Source: Octopus sinensis (taxonomy: Eukaryota). Taken from it: a stretch of 64,000 nucleotides of DNA. The notes beneath the pieces are model-generated. The model did not search any database, was not told the origin of the DNA, and saw nothing but the letters and a program-made list of their open reading frames with translations. The stretch is taken from the NCBI RefSeq assembly GCF_006345805.1, contig NC_043001.1, forward strand, positions 69,006,001 through 69,070,000. The letters are read 5' to 3'. A program made the translations under genes and the position numbers. Below, piece by piece: positions 52,664-64,000 of this stretch (positions are counted from its first letter, which is position 1; each line of letters opens with the position of its first letter).

Positions 52664-52711
52664 CAAAATCTGTTACTCTGAGTTTCTCGTTGCCGTTCAT
52701 CAGACAGTTTT
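52664..52711 (-). ncRNA. Atypical minimal type I HHR in the left arm
   Basis: Reverse: CTGT-CTGATGA-A-CG-GCAA-CG-A-GAAAC-TCAGA-GTA^ACAG. Confidence 0.7.
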
Positions 52712-55285
52712 TGCTAGAATGGAACATATATATAAATTCAATCTATACTCTTACAAACGCTACACCTTTAAAAAGAAATGGACTTGTTTGATTGGCCCTT
52801 TAGAAAAAACGGTCAATTTTCGAGCGATAAACAAAAAGGTCAAAAATATATGTATATATATATAAAAAAACTTATAAAAATTTTAAATCCGAGGAAAAAA
52901 CCGAGGAAAAAACTTATTGCCGTTAATGAAGACAGTACAAATTAATGCATAGAAATTAAACCTGTTATAAATACTGCAATACATATTTATATTAAAATCC
53001 ACATATATATATCAACATACACAAAAGGATGCGCGTAAACGCCATACATACATATACAGACGTATGAATATGAATCTAAATTATACACATAAAAGCATGT
53101 GTACATATATCCACGCAAACCGTCTCGCACGCAAGCTAAAATTCATCTATGTAGCAATTCTCATATACTGAGCAAGGAGGGGGAACGAAAGAAAGGGAAA
53201 GAGAGAAAAGGAACGAAGGAGGGGTAGGGAAAAAACTTGTAGCGATATTATTGGTATCTATAGAGGCCAGTATACATACACAAGTTTGAATTGATACATA
53301 TACATACCGTCGTGTGTATGCGTGCTTAAGCACAAGCATACTTTCGCTTACACATACACAGATACGCATGCTTACAAATACATATGCTTTGCTATACACA
53401 AACTTATATAAACATTCTAAATTTGACAACATTGCTTTTTAAAAAAAACATTGCTTTTAAAAAATGGGTGCATTAATAAAAATATATACGAAAGACATAT
53501 AAAATAAAATATAACATCCTATTTTGGGTCATTTATAAATAATCAAGGTAATATAAATAATCAAGGTAATCTTATGCAATACAATAACATGAAAACAAAG
53601 TTTGTAGGTTTTTCCTAATATATATGTAGAAACAATAAGACTTTGCTATAGGTCCGTCGTAGCGCTCAAGAGTCAAAATCAAAATCAAAAAATCAAAATA
53701 CAAAATATATACTCTATCCATATGGTATATTTATATTCGACATTTTAAATTTAGCCGCGTGCCTACATAAGTTCATTAACTCACTTCTTTGATTCAAAGA
53801 ATTATTGTCTTTGAATAATATGTGCATTTTCTCTAATAAGCAAAGCTTGCACTTGAAATTATATTTGTAAGCTCCATGCCTGTATGGTGCCGCCCTGTCC
53901 AGAATGCTCCATGTCACGTTGAAAGGTGGGGCTTCCTTTTCTTTTAGTTCCCAGACATATTTTGCTAGGCTGGCTTTCTTCCTATTCTCTGGGTTAAAAG
54001 AATTCTTATGAGAATAAAATCTTGTTTTAAATGAATTTTCTGAAGCCCCTGTGTATGTCTTGTATTCCGATGAGCCTTCCACTTGCACCTTGGCTCTATA
54101 AACTACTCCTTTCACTAGACATTCCCTTCTAACGGACAGGAGCTTTCGTTTTTGAAATTACATTTCTTAATGGGCTCGGCACCATGTCTAATCTCAATTA
54201 GCTTCCTATTATGTTGGCTAATGTAAGAGGCGAAATTTCTGCAACAAGAATAGCTAACCTTCAGGGTTCTTCTATTAAATATTCTGTAGAATTTATGACC
54301 CTGCTTAAAATGCTTAGAGACTGTATTTTGATTTTTTGATTTTGATTTTGACTCTTGAGCGCTACGACGGACCTATAGCAAAGTCTTATTGTTTCTACAT
54401 ATATATTAGGAAAAACCTACAAACTTTGTTTTCATGTTATTGTATTGGATAAGATTACCTTGATTATTTATATTACCTTGATTATTTATAAATGACCCAA
54501 AATAGGATGTTATATTTTATTTTATATGTCTTTCGTATATATTTTTATTAATGCACCCATTTTTTAAAAGCAATGTTTTTTTAAAAAGCAATGTTGTCAA
54601 ATTTAGAATGTTTATATAAGTTTGTGTATAGCAAAGCATATGTATTTGTAAGCATGCGTATCTGTGTATGTGTAAGTGAAAGTATGCTTGTGCTTAAGCA
54701 CGCATACACGCGACGGTATGTATATGTATCAATTCAAACTTGTGTATGTATACTGGCCTCTATAGATGCCAATAATATCGCTACAAGTTTTTTCCCCACC
54801 CCTCCTTCGTTCCTTTTTCTCTCTTTCCCTTTCTTTCGTTCCCCCTCCTTGCTCAGTATATGAGAATTGCTACGGTTTGCGTGGATATATGTACACATGC
54901 TTTTATGTGTATAATTTAGATTCATATTCATACGTCTGTATATGTATGTATGGCGTTTACGCGCATCCTTTTGTGTATGTTGATATATATATGTGGATTT
55001 TAATATAAATATGTATTGCAGTATTTATAACAGGTTTAATTTCTATGCATTAATTTGTACTGTCTTCATTAACGGCAATAAGTTTTTTCCTCGGTTTTTT
55101 CCTCGGATTTTATAATTTTTATAAGTTTTTTTATATATATATACATATATTTTTTGTCCATTTTGTTTATCGCTCGAAGATTGACCGTTTTTTCTAAAGG
55201 GCCAATCAAACAAGTCCATTTCTTTTTAAAGGTGTAGCGTTTGTAAGAGTATAGATTGAATTTATATATATGTTCCATTCTAGCA

Positions 55286-55332
55286 AAAACTGTCTGATGA
55301 ACGGCAACGAGAAACTCAGAGTAACAGATTTT
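55286..55332 (+). ncRNA. Atypical minimal type I HHR in the right arm
   Basis: CTGATGA at 55294-55300; predicted cleavage after A55323; AATAAA 30 nt downstream. Confidence 0.7.
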
Positions 55333-55431
55333 GTTGAATTTTCTGCTGCTTAAAATAAAGCATATTACTCTACCACTGGTATTTGAGTACTCTTTTTTCC
55401 ACCTTGTTTCACATTTATGTGTTTACTCCGG

Positions 55432-55464
<33 letters not shown>

Positions 55465-57318
55465 ATTTGACATGGGCGATTCTATCTTGTCTTGGGATTC
55501 ACGGTAACACAGGCCGGGTGAAATTGCGCGAAAAATTACACAGATGTGTAGAATGCTCCGGTGGTGATGCTGGGCTTTGTTTTTTTTCATACCTCTCCTG
55601 CTTACCGAGATAATCTACTATAATAATACTCTGTGTTTATGAATGAGAAAGGAAGGGGTGATGTCATATTTTTCATAGCTCCTATTGTTACTGAGATAAT
55701 CTACTGTAATAATACTCTTGTGTTTATGAATGAGAAAGGAATGGGTGATAGATGAATAAGGAAGGAAGGTGTGATGTAGTGGGATGATGAAAATTGTACG
55801 CTGAAAAACAAATCAAACAGCGTTTCATGTGTGAATATATGTGTAGGGATATGTGAATGTTTTTGTGTGCACGTGTGTGTGTTGTGTGCGTGTATGCGAG
55901 TGCGCGCGCAGTGGAAGTGAGATGGTTCATCTTTGTTCGTTTAGTATTTGGGTTATATATTGTGATTTGGTTGAACCTTGATCGAAATTTTTTTGTTGGC
56001 CAGTTATGTATTTGTGTGTATGTATGTGCACGGACGTATTCATGCAAGTGCGCACGTATGTAGACGTTGTGAACGCAGGTGGTTTATGTCTATGTATTGT
56101 GAGAATATGGTTGCATGTATTTTTCATTTTTTTCTTTTTTTTCTGTTTCTACCTATTAGAATAACTTCCCTTTTATTCAACGGATTTTCATAGCGTCTGT
56201 TGCTGATGATATTCGAACGGTTGGTCAATTTAACTGGCACTAAGTCACCTATGTGGAATGTTCGAGTGAACATAAAATGGTTGTATGATCGAAAACGTCG
56301 GCAGGTCACCACTTGTTAGCATAACAAGTCATAACATAATATAATATTATATAAGCCATAATACATGTTTATAAACAGTGCCAAAGTGTATGAAATAAGG
56401 ACTCCAAAAACCGTTATACTTTTATAAAGAGAAGATAGATTTTATTCGCAGTGTACAAAGTGATTTGTTATTATTAGCGTAGTGTTGTGTCATGAATGCA
56501 TGCTTATAATATTTGTGTCTGTGTGTTCGTGTGTGCGACAGAAGAACAGAAATAAGGTGTATGCAAATACAACAGAGCATGAGAGAAGTCTCAACATTTT
56601 GAGTTAAAATGAAGTTAGTTTACCAGTTAATGAGTTCTATACAAGATTTGAGTCTCGGAGCTGAGATTAGTTGAGTTACTTGTGCATATTTTTCTCTTCA
56701 TATAGATATTCTTTCAGATATATATAATGCAACTGTTTTGCCGTGGTGAGATTTTCACACTAACAGCATGAGTTGAATCTGTATTTATCTTGTGTACAAG
56801 TTGAAATCTTCGTAGATGGAGACGATGTTGGTGATGATGTTATGTCTGTCGTTGGTTTACAATAGCGTCTTCATATTATGGTTGGCTTGGCTGTCGTCTG
56901 CCTTTCGAAATGGAACATGGTTGAGTAAGCTCTGTGTGGTCTCCGACCAAGACCTTAAAAGGTCTTAAGCCGAAAGACGTTGAATCGGGATGTGATCAGC
57001 CTATTTAAAGAGTTAAGATGGCTCAAGTGAAAAGTCCTATCCAAAAGCCGTGATTGGTCAGAAATAAGTAGAGACAGACCACGCTTAGATGCTAACCAAT
57101 CAGATCAGGTGACACAACAAGGTTAAACTAGCCATAGATGTTTGTAATCTCAAACGAGATCATTCTTAATATTTTCTCAAACAGTAAAGATAGCAATGAA
57201 GAAAACAATATTGCTACACTATTAATTGCTGACGAGAATGCATTGTAGCTTTTCTCTCCGACATTCGAATCTCCGAGTACTATAACTTTTCACTGTTTAT
57301 TCTAAATTATACACTCAC

Positions 57319-57428
<110 letters not shown>

Positions 57429-57489
57429 TGCTTGAATAGTCACCTAACAAGTACAGACAGGGGGCAGATCTAATGTAGCTATAAGTCGT

Positions 57490-57830
57490 GATGGGCAGAA
57501 TCTGGATGACGTCCCGCTCTGCTTGACTAACGAAGCGACTGGTCAAAACAGGAAACAAACAAGAGGCAGATATAATGCAGCGATTGGTCAAAATAATGAT
57601 GACGTCCCGTTCTACTTGACTAACGAAGCGACTGGTCAAAAACAGGAAACAAACAAGAGGCAGTTATAATGCAGCGATTGGTCAAAATAATGATGACGTC
57701 CCGTTCTACTTGATTAAAGCTACCTAACGAAACGATTGGTCAAAACACTGATGACGTCACGCTACGCTAGATTAACCACCTAACAGGCATTATAAAACCG
57801 AGCATTTCACAAAAACTCACTAGAACCACC
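57490..57830 (+). promoter_or_regulatory. Pol II promoter: repeated inverted CCAAT + CRE modules and TATA box
   Basis: TGACGTC at 57507, 57600, 57694 and 57752 (full TGACGTCA); ATTGG 12 bp upstream in the last three; TATAAAA at 57791-57797. Confidence 0.7.
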
Positions 57831-57845
57831 CAGCGAACTTCCACC

Positions 57846-57868
57846 ATGGGTCATCACAATTGCTTAAG
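57846..57868 (+). other. Kozak mini-exon/uORF (MGHHNCL) followed by a GT donor
   Basis: CCACC-ATG-G at 57841-57849; TTAAG/GTAAAA; predicted intron 57869-58209 to a TACAG/CAG acceptor. Confidence 0.5.
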
Positions 57869-58133
57869 GTAAAAATGAATTCCTCGCTCTTTCGGAAACA
57901 TCAATCTTCTGTATTGACCGCTTTCCACCACTTTGATCTGTTTTTTGTATTGAATACGTATCGCCACCGTGGGCCACTGCATCGAACACTTTGAACATAT
58001 ACTTCAAATTATATATCAACTATACATGAACTATATATCAACTATACATGAACTCTAAGATGTCTGACTCCGTTGTGTATTATAAATGAATTTCTTGTGT
58101 TTGACGGCATGAGCTGTCTTTTTTTATATAACT

Positions 58134-58176
58134 TTTTTTGATAAGGTTCATTTCAGGAACTGAAACATGTTATAAT
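58134..58176 (+). ncRNA. HHR variant with U3-A8 core in the 5' pLTR
   Basis: TTGATAA-GGTTC-ATTTCAG-GAACT-GAAAC-AT-GTT; palindromic ACATGT; weak stem I. Confidence 0.5.
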
Positions 58177-58303
58177 GTATATATAAAAATTAAAAATTGT
58201 ATAATACAGCAGCATTTTCGAACTTCCTTTTTTACAAATATATACCTACTCGTATACGAGCTAATCCTATTATAAATATCATATCACGTACGAGCTCCCG
58301 AAA

Positions 58304-59702
58304 ATGCCTGCTAAAACAGACACCAACGACATCTCCTCAATAAATGAAGAGATACTGAAAGAATTGAAAAGCATAAATTCAAACCTAACAGCAGTGTTAA
58401 ACAAACTCAACTTAACACCTCGACCTTCTACACAAACTAACGAGGAAACCGAATCGAATAAAACACCCTCCGAAATATTCGAGAAAGTTGAAAATCTATG
58501 CGATACAATGACGACATTCTTCACAAACTTTACGAAACAAGAGCAACAAAAAGAAGGAACACATGAGAAGAACCGAGCAACTTCAACATTACAAATAAAG
58601 AACCAAGTCCTCCCCCAATGGAGAACACTACAGCGAAACAGAAAATTCGCTTTTTGGAAAATGATACAAAATCAGAATAAAGCAGAGATTTACCAAAAAT
58701 GGCTAGACTCAACACCCCTAGTCATACCCCGTAAATTACAAATCAAACCCATCTCGGAAGAACCAGAAGAACAAAGAAAACTTAGAGAAAAAATGTCATT
58801 AGGAAAAATGAAGGTGGAAATAGAACTACTTAAGCTGAGAGCTAAAACGAATGAAGAAAAAGTAAAAACCATAGACGAGGAAATCAACGAAGAAGTCATC
58901 AAACTAATAGACGACAACAATACTGAAACATTACCAGCACTATGGAATGAAGAATGTGAAAAAGAGGAACTTAAGTCCCTCCAACGATGGGAAAAGAGCG
59001 CCGTCTGGTTTCTAGATTATGAAACCAACTTCAAAAATGAACACATATCCAACAACCCCTTCATAAAATTAAGCAAATCAAAACCAAATACCAATAGAAC
59101 GGAACAACCACCAAGAAATCCTACCACACTCTACACCAGAAAAGTACACCTAAAACACACCCCACACTACCTACACCAACCCCAAAACACCTACAGAGGC
59201 CCACCACACCAGTTCGAAAATAGACATACCAACAGAGCAGAACAACCACCAAGAAATCCAAACACACTCTACACCAGAAAAATGCATTTAAAACGCACCC
59301 CACACTACCTACACCAACCCCAAAACACTTATAGGGTCCCACCACACCATTCCACGAACCTAAGAGCCACAACATACAATACTATAAAATACAACACACA
59401 TAACCAAACCAAAACGCTACTACCAAACATCCACCCCAGGAACCAACCATACAACCATAACAAACAAAATGCACTACGGAGGAAACAACTACCAACACAA
59501 TATACCCGAGGAACTAAGACGTAACACTAGGTTCAACAACAGACTCCAGAACAGAGCACCACAAACTCACTCTGACAATTATAACAACATGAGACAGATA
59601 AATAATAGCTTTGAACATAACTACACCAACCATTTTTTAGACCCCACACACAGGAACAGGGACACACGATGGCAAAGGACAAACAAAAGAAACCTCAGGT
59701 AA
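58304..59702 (+). CDS. PLE ORF1: coiled-coil protein with N/Q/H/P-rich tail and two 46-aa repeats (one frameshift near 59470)
   Basis: 406-aa ORF plus the overlapping 59469-59702 frame; heptad-like E/K/L-rich segments; 138-bp repeat at 59090 and 59228. Confidence 0.75.
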
Positions 59703-62061
59703 TTAAGATAATCAATCTCTCAAACAAAGAACTTACACCTAACGAAATAAGCATACTCTCCAAAGGACTTAAATTTACACCCACCCCTCAACGTTCTAAT
59801 TATTATGAAATGAAAGATGATATTTCGGAATTTTGCAGAAAACTAAGACTCACCGAGGCATTTCAAGACAAACAAATAGAGGAGGACTCAATAGCTAGAA
59901 ACAAGAGCAATTACACCCCCACCAAAGGTAAGAATAAAGCCTTAGACCGCTATTGTGACTACATAACTAATTTCCCGTTTCAATTCATTAAGAAACAAAA
60001 ACACAGCCCTAACTTCAACAAAAGAGAATGGAACGACCTCATCAAACTAAGAGAAGACAAAACAATAACAATTAAGGAGGCAGATAAGGGCAACGCGATA
60101 GTAATAATGAATACAAACAATTATAAAAATTTAGTGCTATCCCTATTAAGAGATGAAACGTATTATGAAAGGGCCCAACAGTATAACCAGCAAAAAATAA
60201 TGCGTAACCTTAGGACATTAATCAACACATACCAAGAAGGACTCACGAACAAGGAGTATGAATACATACCTAACTTCAAATGCAAATCGAGTTTGTTCTA
60301 TGGTATCCCTAAGGTACACAATAGCCAAACCATTAGAGAAACGTGCAAAACATCCACCGACACACTCATCAAAATCCCTTCACCAAATGATCTTAAACTA
60401 AGACTGATAATAGCAGGGCCAGCATGTGAAACTCACCGCCTCAGCAATTTCTTAGACACACTTCTTAAACCTTTCCTAAAACACATCAAAAGCTACGTAA
60501 GAGACGATATAGATATGCTCAACCACCTCCCTAAAACAGTCAATGAGAAAACCCTTCTAGTATCATTCGACGTAGTTAATCTTTATTCTAACATCCCTCA
60601 CAACCTAGGAATAGAAGCGATCACCTTCTGGCTGAATAACTACCCCTTTGAACTCCCAACTCGCATAAACAAAGACCTTATAATAGAAGGACTTAGATTC
60701 ATTTTAGAGAACAATTATTTTATTTTGACAATGATTTCTACAGGCAAAGATCGGGAACAGCGATGGGCACGCGTACTGCACCATCTTTTGCCAACCTAGT
60801 GATGGGATACCTCGAGAAAATACTATACCGGATGACACTCGAGAAATATGGAAACACCTTCGCCACCTATATCCATAACAACTGGAAAAGATACCTCGAT
60901 GACTGTTTCATCATCTGGGACAAAGGCATAGAGAAACTTGAGGAATTTAAAATTCTATTAAATGGAATAAATGACAATATACAATTCACGATGGACCACA
61001 ACGAAAAAGAATTACCGTTTTTAGACATCCTCATTAAGAAAACCGGCAACAAAATAGAGACAGATATCTACTATAAACCGACATACTCTAAACAGTACCT
61101 ACCCTTTGATTCATGCCACCCACGACACACTAGAATGAATGTCCCTTTTTGTTTAGCTAGAAGGATTTGCACCATAATATCAGACACAAACACCCGACAC
61201 ACACGTCTCCAGGAACTTAGAACCACACTCACAAATAGAAACTATCCACAGCCCCTAATAGACAGTGCAATCCAACGGGTACTTAAATTAAGTATAGAAG
61301 ACCTGAGACAAACAAAACCAAAAAAGAAAGAACAATTAAAAACCCTTCCCTACATCTCTACACACAACCCACTCAACAATGAGGCCTTCAACACCATACT
61401 ACAAAGCACAGCCCTACTAAAGGGAGACCCAAAGATGAACCGGATCCTCGAAACACACACCATCATTAAAAGTAAACGGCAACCAAAATCCTTGAAAAGG
61501 ATTTTAACCCAAGCTACACTGCACTCAACATCAACCACAAAACCAGCAGTTAGAAAATGTGGAAGAAGCCCAACTGCGGAATCTGTGTCATCTTGAAAGA
61601 AGGATCAGAATTTATACTGGAACAAGGCCACCAGTTCACCATTAGAACAAACTTCACCTGCGCATCAGAAAACTTAATTTACGTCATAACATGCGCAGGC
61701 TGCAATAGGCAGTATATAGGCCATACAAAAAATAGCTTACGTAACAGGATGGCGGTGCATAAATCACAAATTAGAAACCCTGATTACCGCAAAAATACCG
61801 GTCAGCGGACACATAGATAGATGTGCTGGAAATGTAAATCCGAAATTTACAACTAACCCGCTCTATAAATTCAGTGACAACGCAACCTTCACACAACGCC
61901 AAAATAAAGAACTATATTTCATAAAAAAATTTAGACCAAGTTTAAACAACACCTGGGCCAGGAATACTAAAACAAAAGATAAGTCCTCCGAAAGGAGAAG
62001 CGGGGTTCCACCACGGCCGCTGCTTCAAACAGACACTCACTCTGACGGAAATATGCCTTAG
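59621..62061 (+). CDS. PLE reverse transcriptase + GIY-YIG endonuclease (Neptune type), with small frameshifts
   Basis: IINLS..LSKGLKF, ADKGNAIV, YGIPKVH, SFDVVNLYSNIP, GTAMGTRTAPSFANL, RYLDDCF, PFLDILI, C..C linker, IYVITCAGCNRQYIGHT; indels near 60720, 61565 and 61795; true stop uncertain (about 61970-62061). Confidence 0.92.
59633..59639 (+). other. Candidate -1 programmed ribosomal frameshift site U UUU UUA
   Basis: caT TTT TTA is in the ORF1 codon phase; the -1 frame is open only from 59621 and continues without stops into the RT ORF. Confidence 0.72.
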
Positions 62062-62134
62062 TAAAAAAGGAAAAAAATTCTTTCGTGCAAATCTGACCCT
62101 GATACATACGATACAGCTAAGGGTCAGACCCGAT

Positions 62135-62520
62135 TCTGATTGGTCAACAAGTTGATGACGTCTAGCTCTGCTAGAATGGACAGGATACAAACAGGGGACA
62201 GTCATTAGTCAGAATATTGATGACGTCCTTTTCTGCTTGAATAGTCACCTAACAAGTACAGACAGGGGGCAGATCTAATGTAGCTATAAGTCGTGATTGG
62301 GCAGAATCTGGATGACGTCCCGCTCTGCTTGACTAACGAAGCGACTGGTCAAAACAGGAAACAAACAAGAGGCAGATATAATGCAGCGATTGGTCAAAAT
62401 AATGATGACGTCCTGTTCTACTTGATTAAAGCCACCTAACGAAACGATTGGTCAAAACATTGATGACGTCACGCTACGCTAGATTGACCACCTAACAGGC
62501 ATTATAAAACGAGCATTTTC
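62135..62520 (+). promoter_or_regulatory. 3' copy of the CCAAT/CRE module array and TATA
   Basis: TGACGTC at 62156, 62221, 62313, 62406 and 62464, each 12 bp after ATTGG/ATTAG; TATAAAA at 62503. Confidence 0.7.
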
Positions 62521-62954
62521 ACAAAAAACTCACTAGAACCACCCAGCGAACTTCCACCATGGGTCATCACAATTGCTTAAGGTAAAAATGAATTCCTCGC
62601 TCTTTCGGAAACATCAATCTTCGCTGTATTGACCGCTTTCCACCACTTTGATCTGTTTTTTGTATTGAATACGTATCGCCACCGTGGGCCACTGCATCGA
62701 ACACTTTGAACATATACTTCAAATTATATATCAACTATACATGAACTATATATCAACTATACATGAACTCTAAGATGTTGACTCCGTTGTGTATTATAAA
62801 TGAATTCTTGTGTTTGACGGCATGAGCTGTCTTTTTTTATATATAACTTTTTTGATAAGGTTCATTTCAGGAACTGAAACATGTTATAATGTATATATAA
62901 AATTAAAAATTGTATAATACAGCAGCATTTTCGAACTTCATTTTTTACAAATAT
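62231..62954 (+). repeat. 3' pLTR, including a second U3-A8 HHR variant at about 62848-62890
   Basis: Direct alignment to the 5' pLTR; ends TTTTTACAAATATA into (TA)n. Confidence 0.93.
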
Positions 62955-63029
<75 letters not shown>

Positions 63030-64000
63030 TATACATTCATATATATATACATATACGCATTTTATACATATGTCTATGTACTTACACCCATACTTAGGTA
63101 TATATATAACATACATATATAAAGATATATATATATATATATAATATATATACATATATATATAAATTCTCACATACGGACAAAGGACATTTAATAAATG
63201 CTCGAGCATGCTACGGAATAATATTCAATTCTGGTTTCCATTTTCAGATTTTGTGCACATGAAATATGTTCGTTGACGTGACACGTTTTCCGTATATATT
63301 TATTTAAAATCAAATGTACGCGCTTACGCCCGTGCGTGCACACACACAACACACACATACACACACACACATACACACACGCAAAAGAACCCACATACAC
63401 ATATGCACTCACATAAGCAAAATTCCTATCTATATTAGCAACACAGCATTGATTAAAGATGCGCAGCAAATACCACGAGAGAATATATTTAAAAAGGAAT
63501 AAGGAAGCGTGATTGAAATATTTTGTATAATGCTTCTCCTTCCTATACGTTTACATGGTTCTTTACTGAGACACATAAGAACTTAACTGATAAATTCCTC
63601 ACCAAGATGAATTCAAAATTATCCATGTATCTATAACATACTATTAGTGCTTCAGTTGTTTGGTATAATTTGAAAAACCGTTTATTTCTGTTTGGATGGA
63701 TATTTATACACCACATAAAAAAATCTGCGAGCGGATGTTCACACACACACTTGCTTACACCCAAGATAACTTGAAACACACATGTATATCTACGAATAAA
63801 ATTATTCATATATCTATGTTTGTCTATGCAGAGACAGATATGATTTTGAGTGTCCTTACCTATGCATCATAATGAGTAGATTTGTCTGCTATCTGAATAT
63901 CTTTTTGTCTTTGATTATCGATCTTATTTTCAATACGCATATATGTCTGCCCCACTCCATTTAACGCTGAATGACCGGTTAAGTTTAATTTGCATATTCT

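Larger units (their letters stand above)
52637..55360 (-). mobile_element. 5'-truncated Naiad-like PLE with about 1.05-kb inverted terminal arms (inverted pLTR)
   Basis: Arms 52637-53702 and 54322-55360 are nearly identical (one 29-bp indel); 619-bp spacer encodes RIFNRRTLKVSYSC..., CPLEG.C and GIY-YIG VVYRAKV...YTGASENSFKTRFYSH...CKLCLLEK...LNQRSE...CRH. Confidence 0.9.

Overview
Very AT-rich, repeat-saturated eukaryotic DNA. The SINE, Penelope-like element (PLE) and (TA)n content suggests an octopus genome (inference). The only host coding sequence I could find is one 110-bp exon of a D2-like dopamine/aminergic GPCR (minus strand, 28195-28304), so most of the window is probably large introns of that gene. 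The rest is microsatellites, tRNA-derived SINEs, decayed R4/Dong-, RTE- and Tx1-type LINEs, Tc1/mariner relics, fold-back palindromes and many PLEs. Highlights: (1) a tandem array at 15915-17047 of about 3.2 copies of a 352-bp unit, each with a canonical minimal type I hammerhead ribozyme (HHR) with a palindromic stem III, i.e. a non-LTR retrozyme/circRNA-type element; (2) a near-complete Neptune-type PLE at 57426-62954 with a coiled-coil ORF1 joined to the RT/GIY-YIG ORF by an in-phase U UUU UUA -1 slippery site, pLTRs carrying ATTGG-N12-TGACGTC modules, TATA and a Kozak mini-exon, a predicted intron that would remove a U3-A8 variant HHR; (3) several other HHR variant families at PLE ends and inverted-pLTR structures. 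All calls come from manual reading; no searches or folding programs were run.
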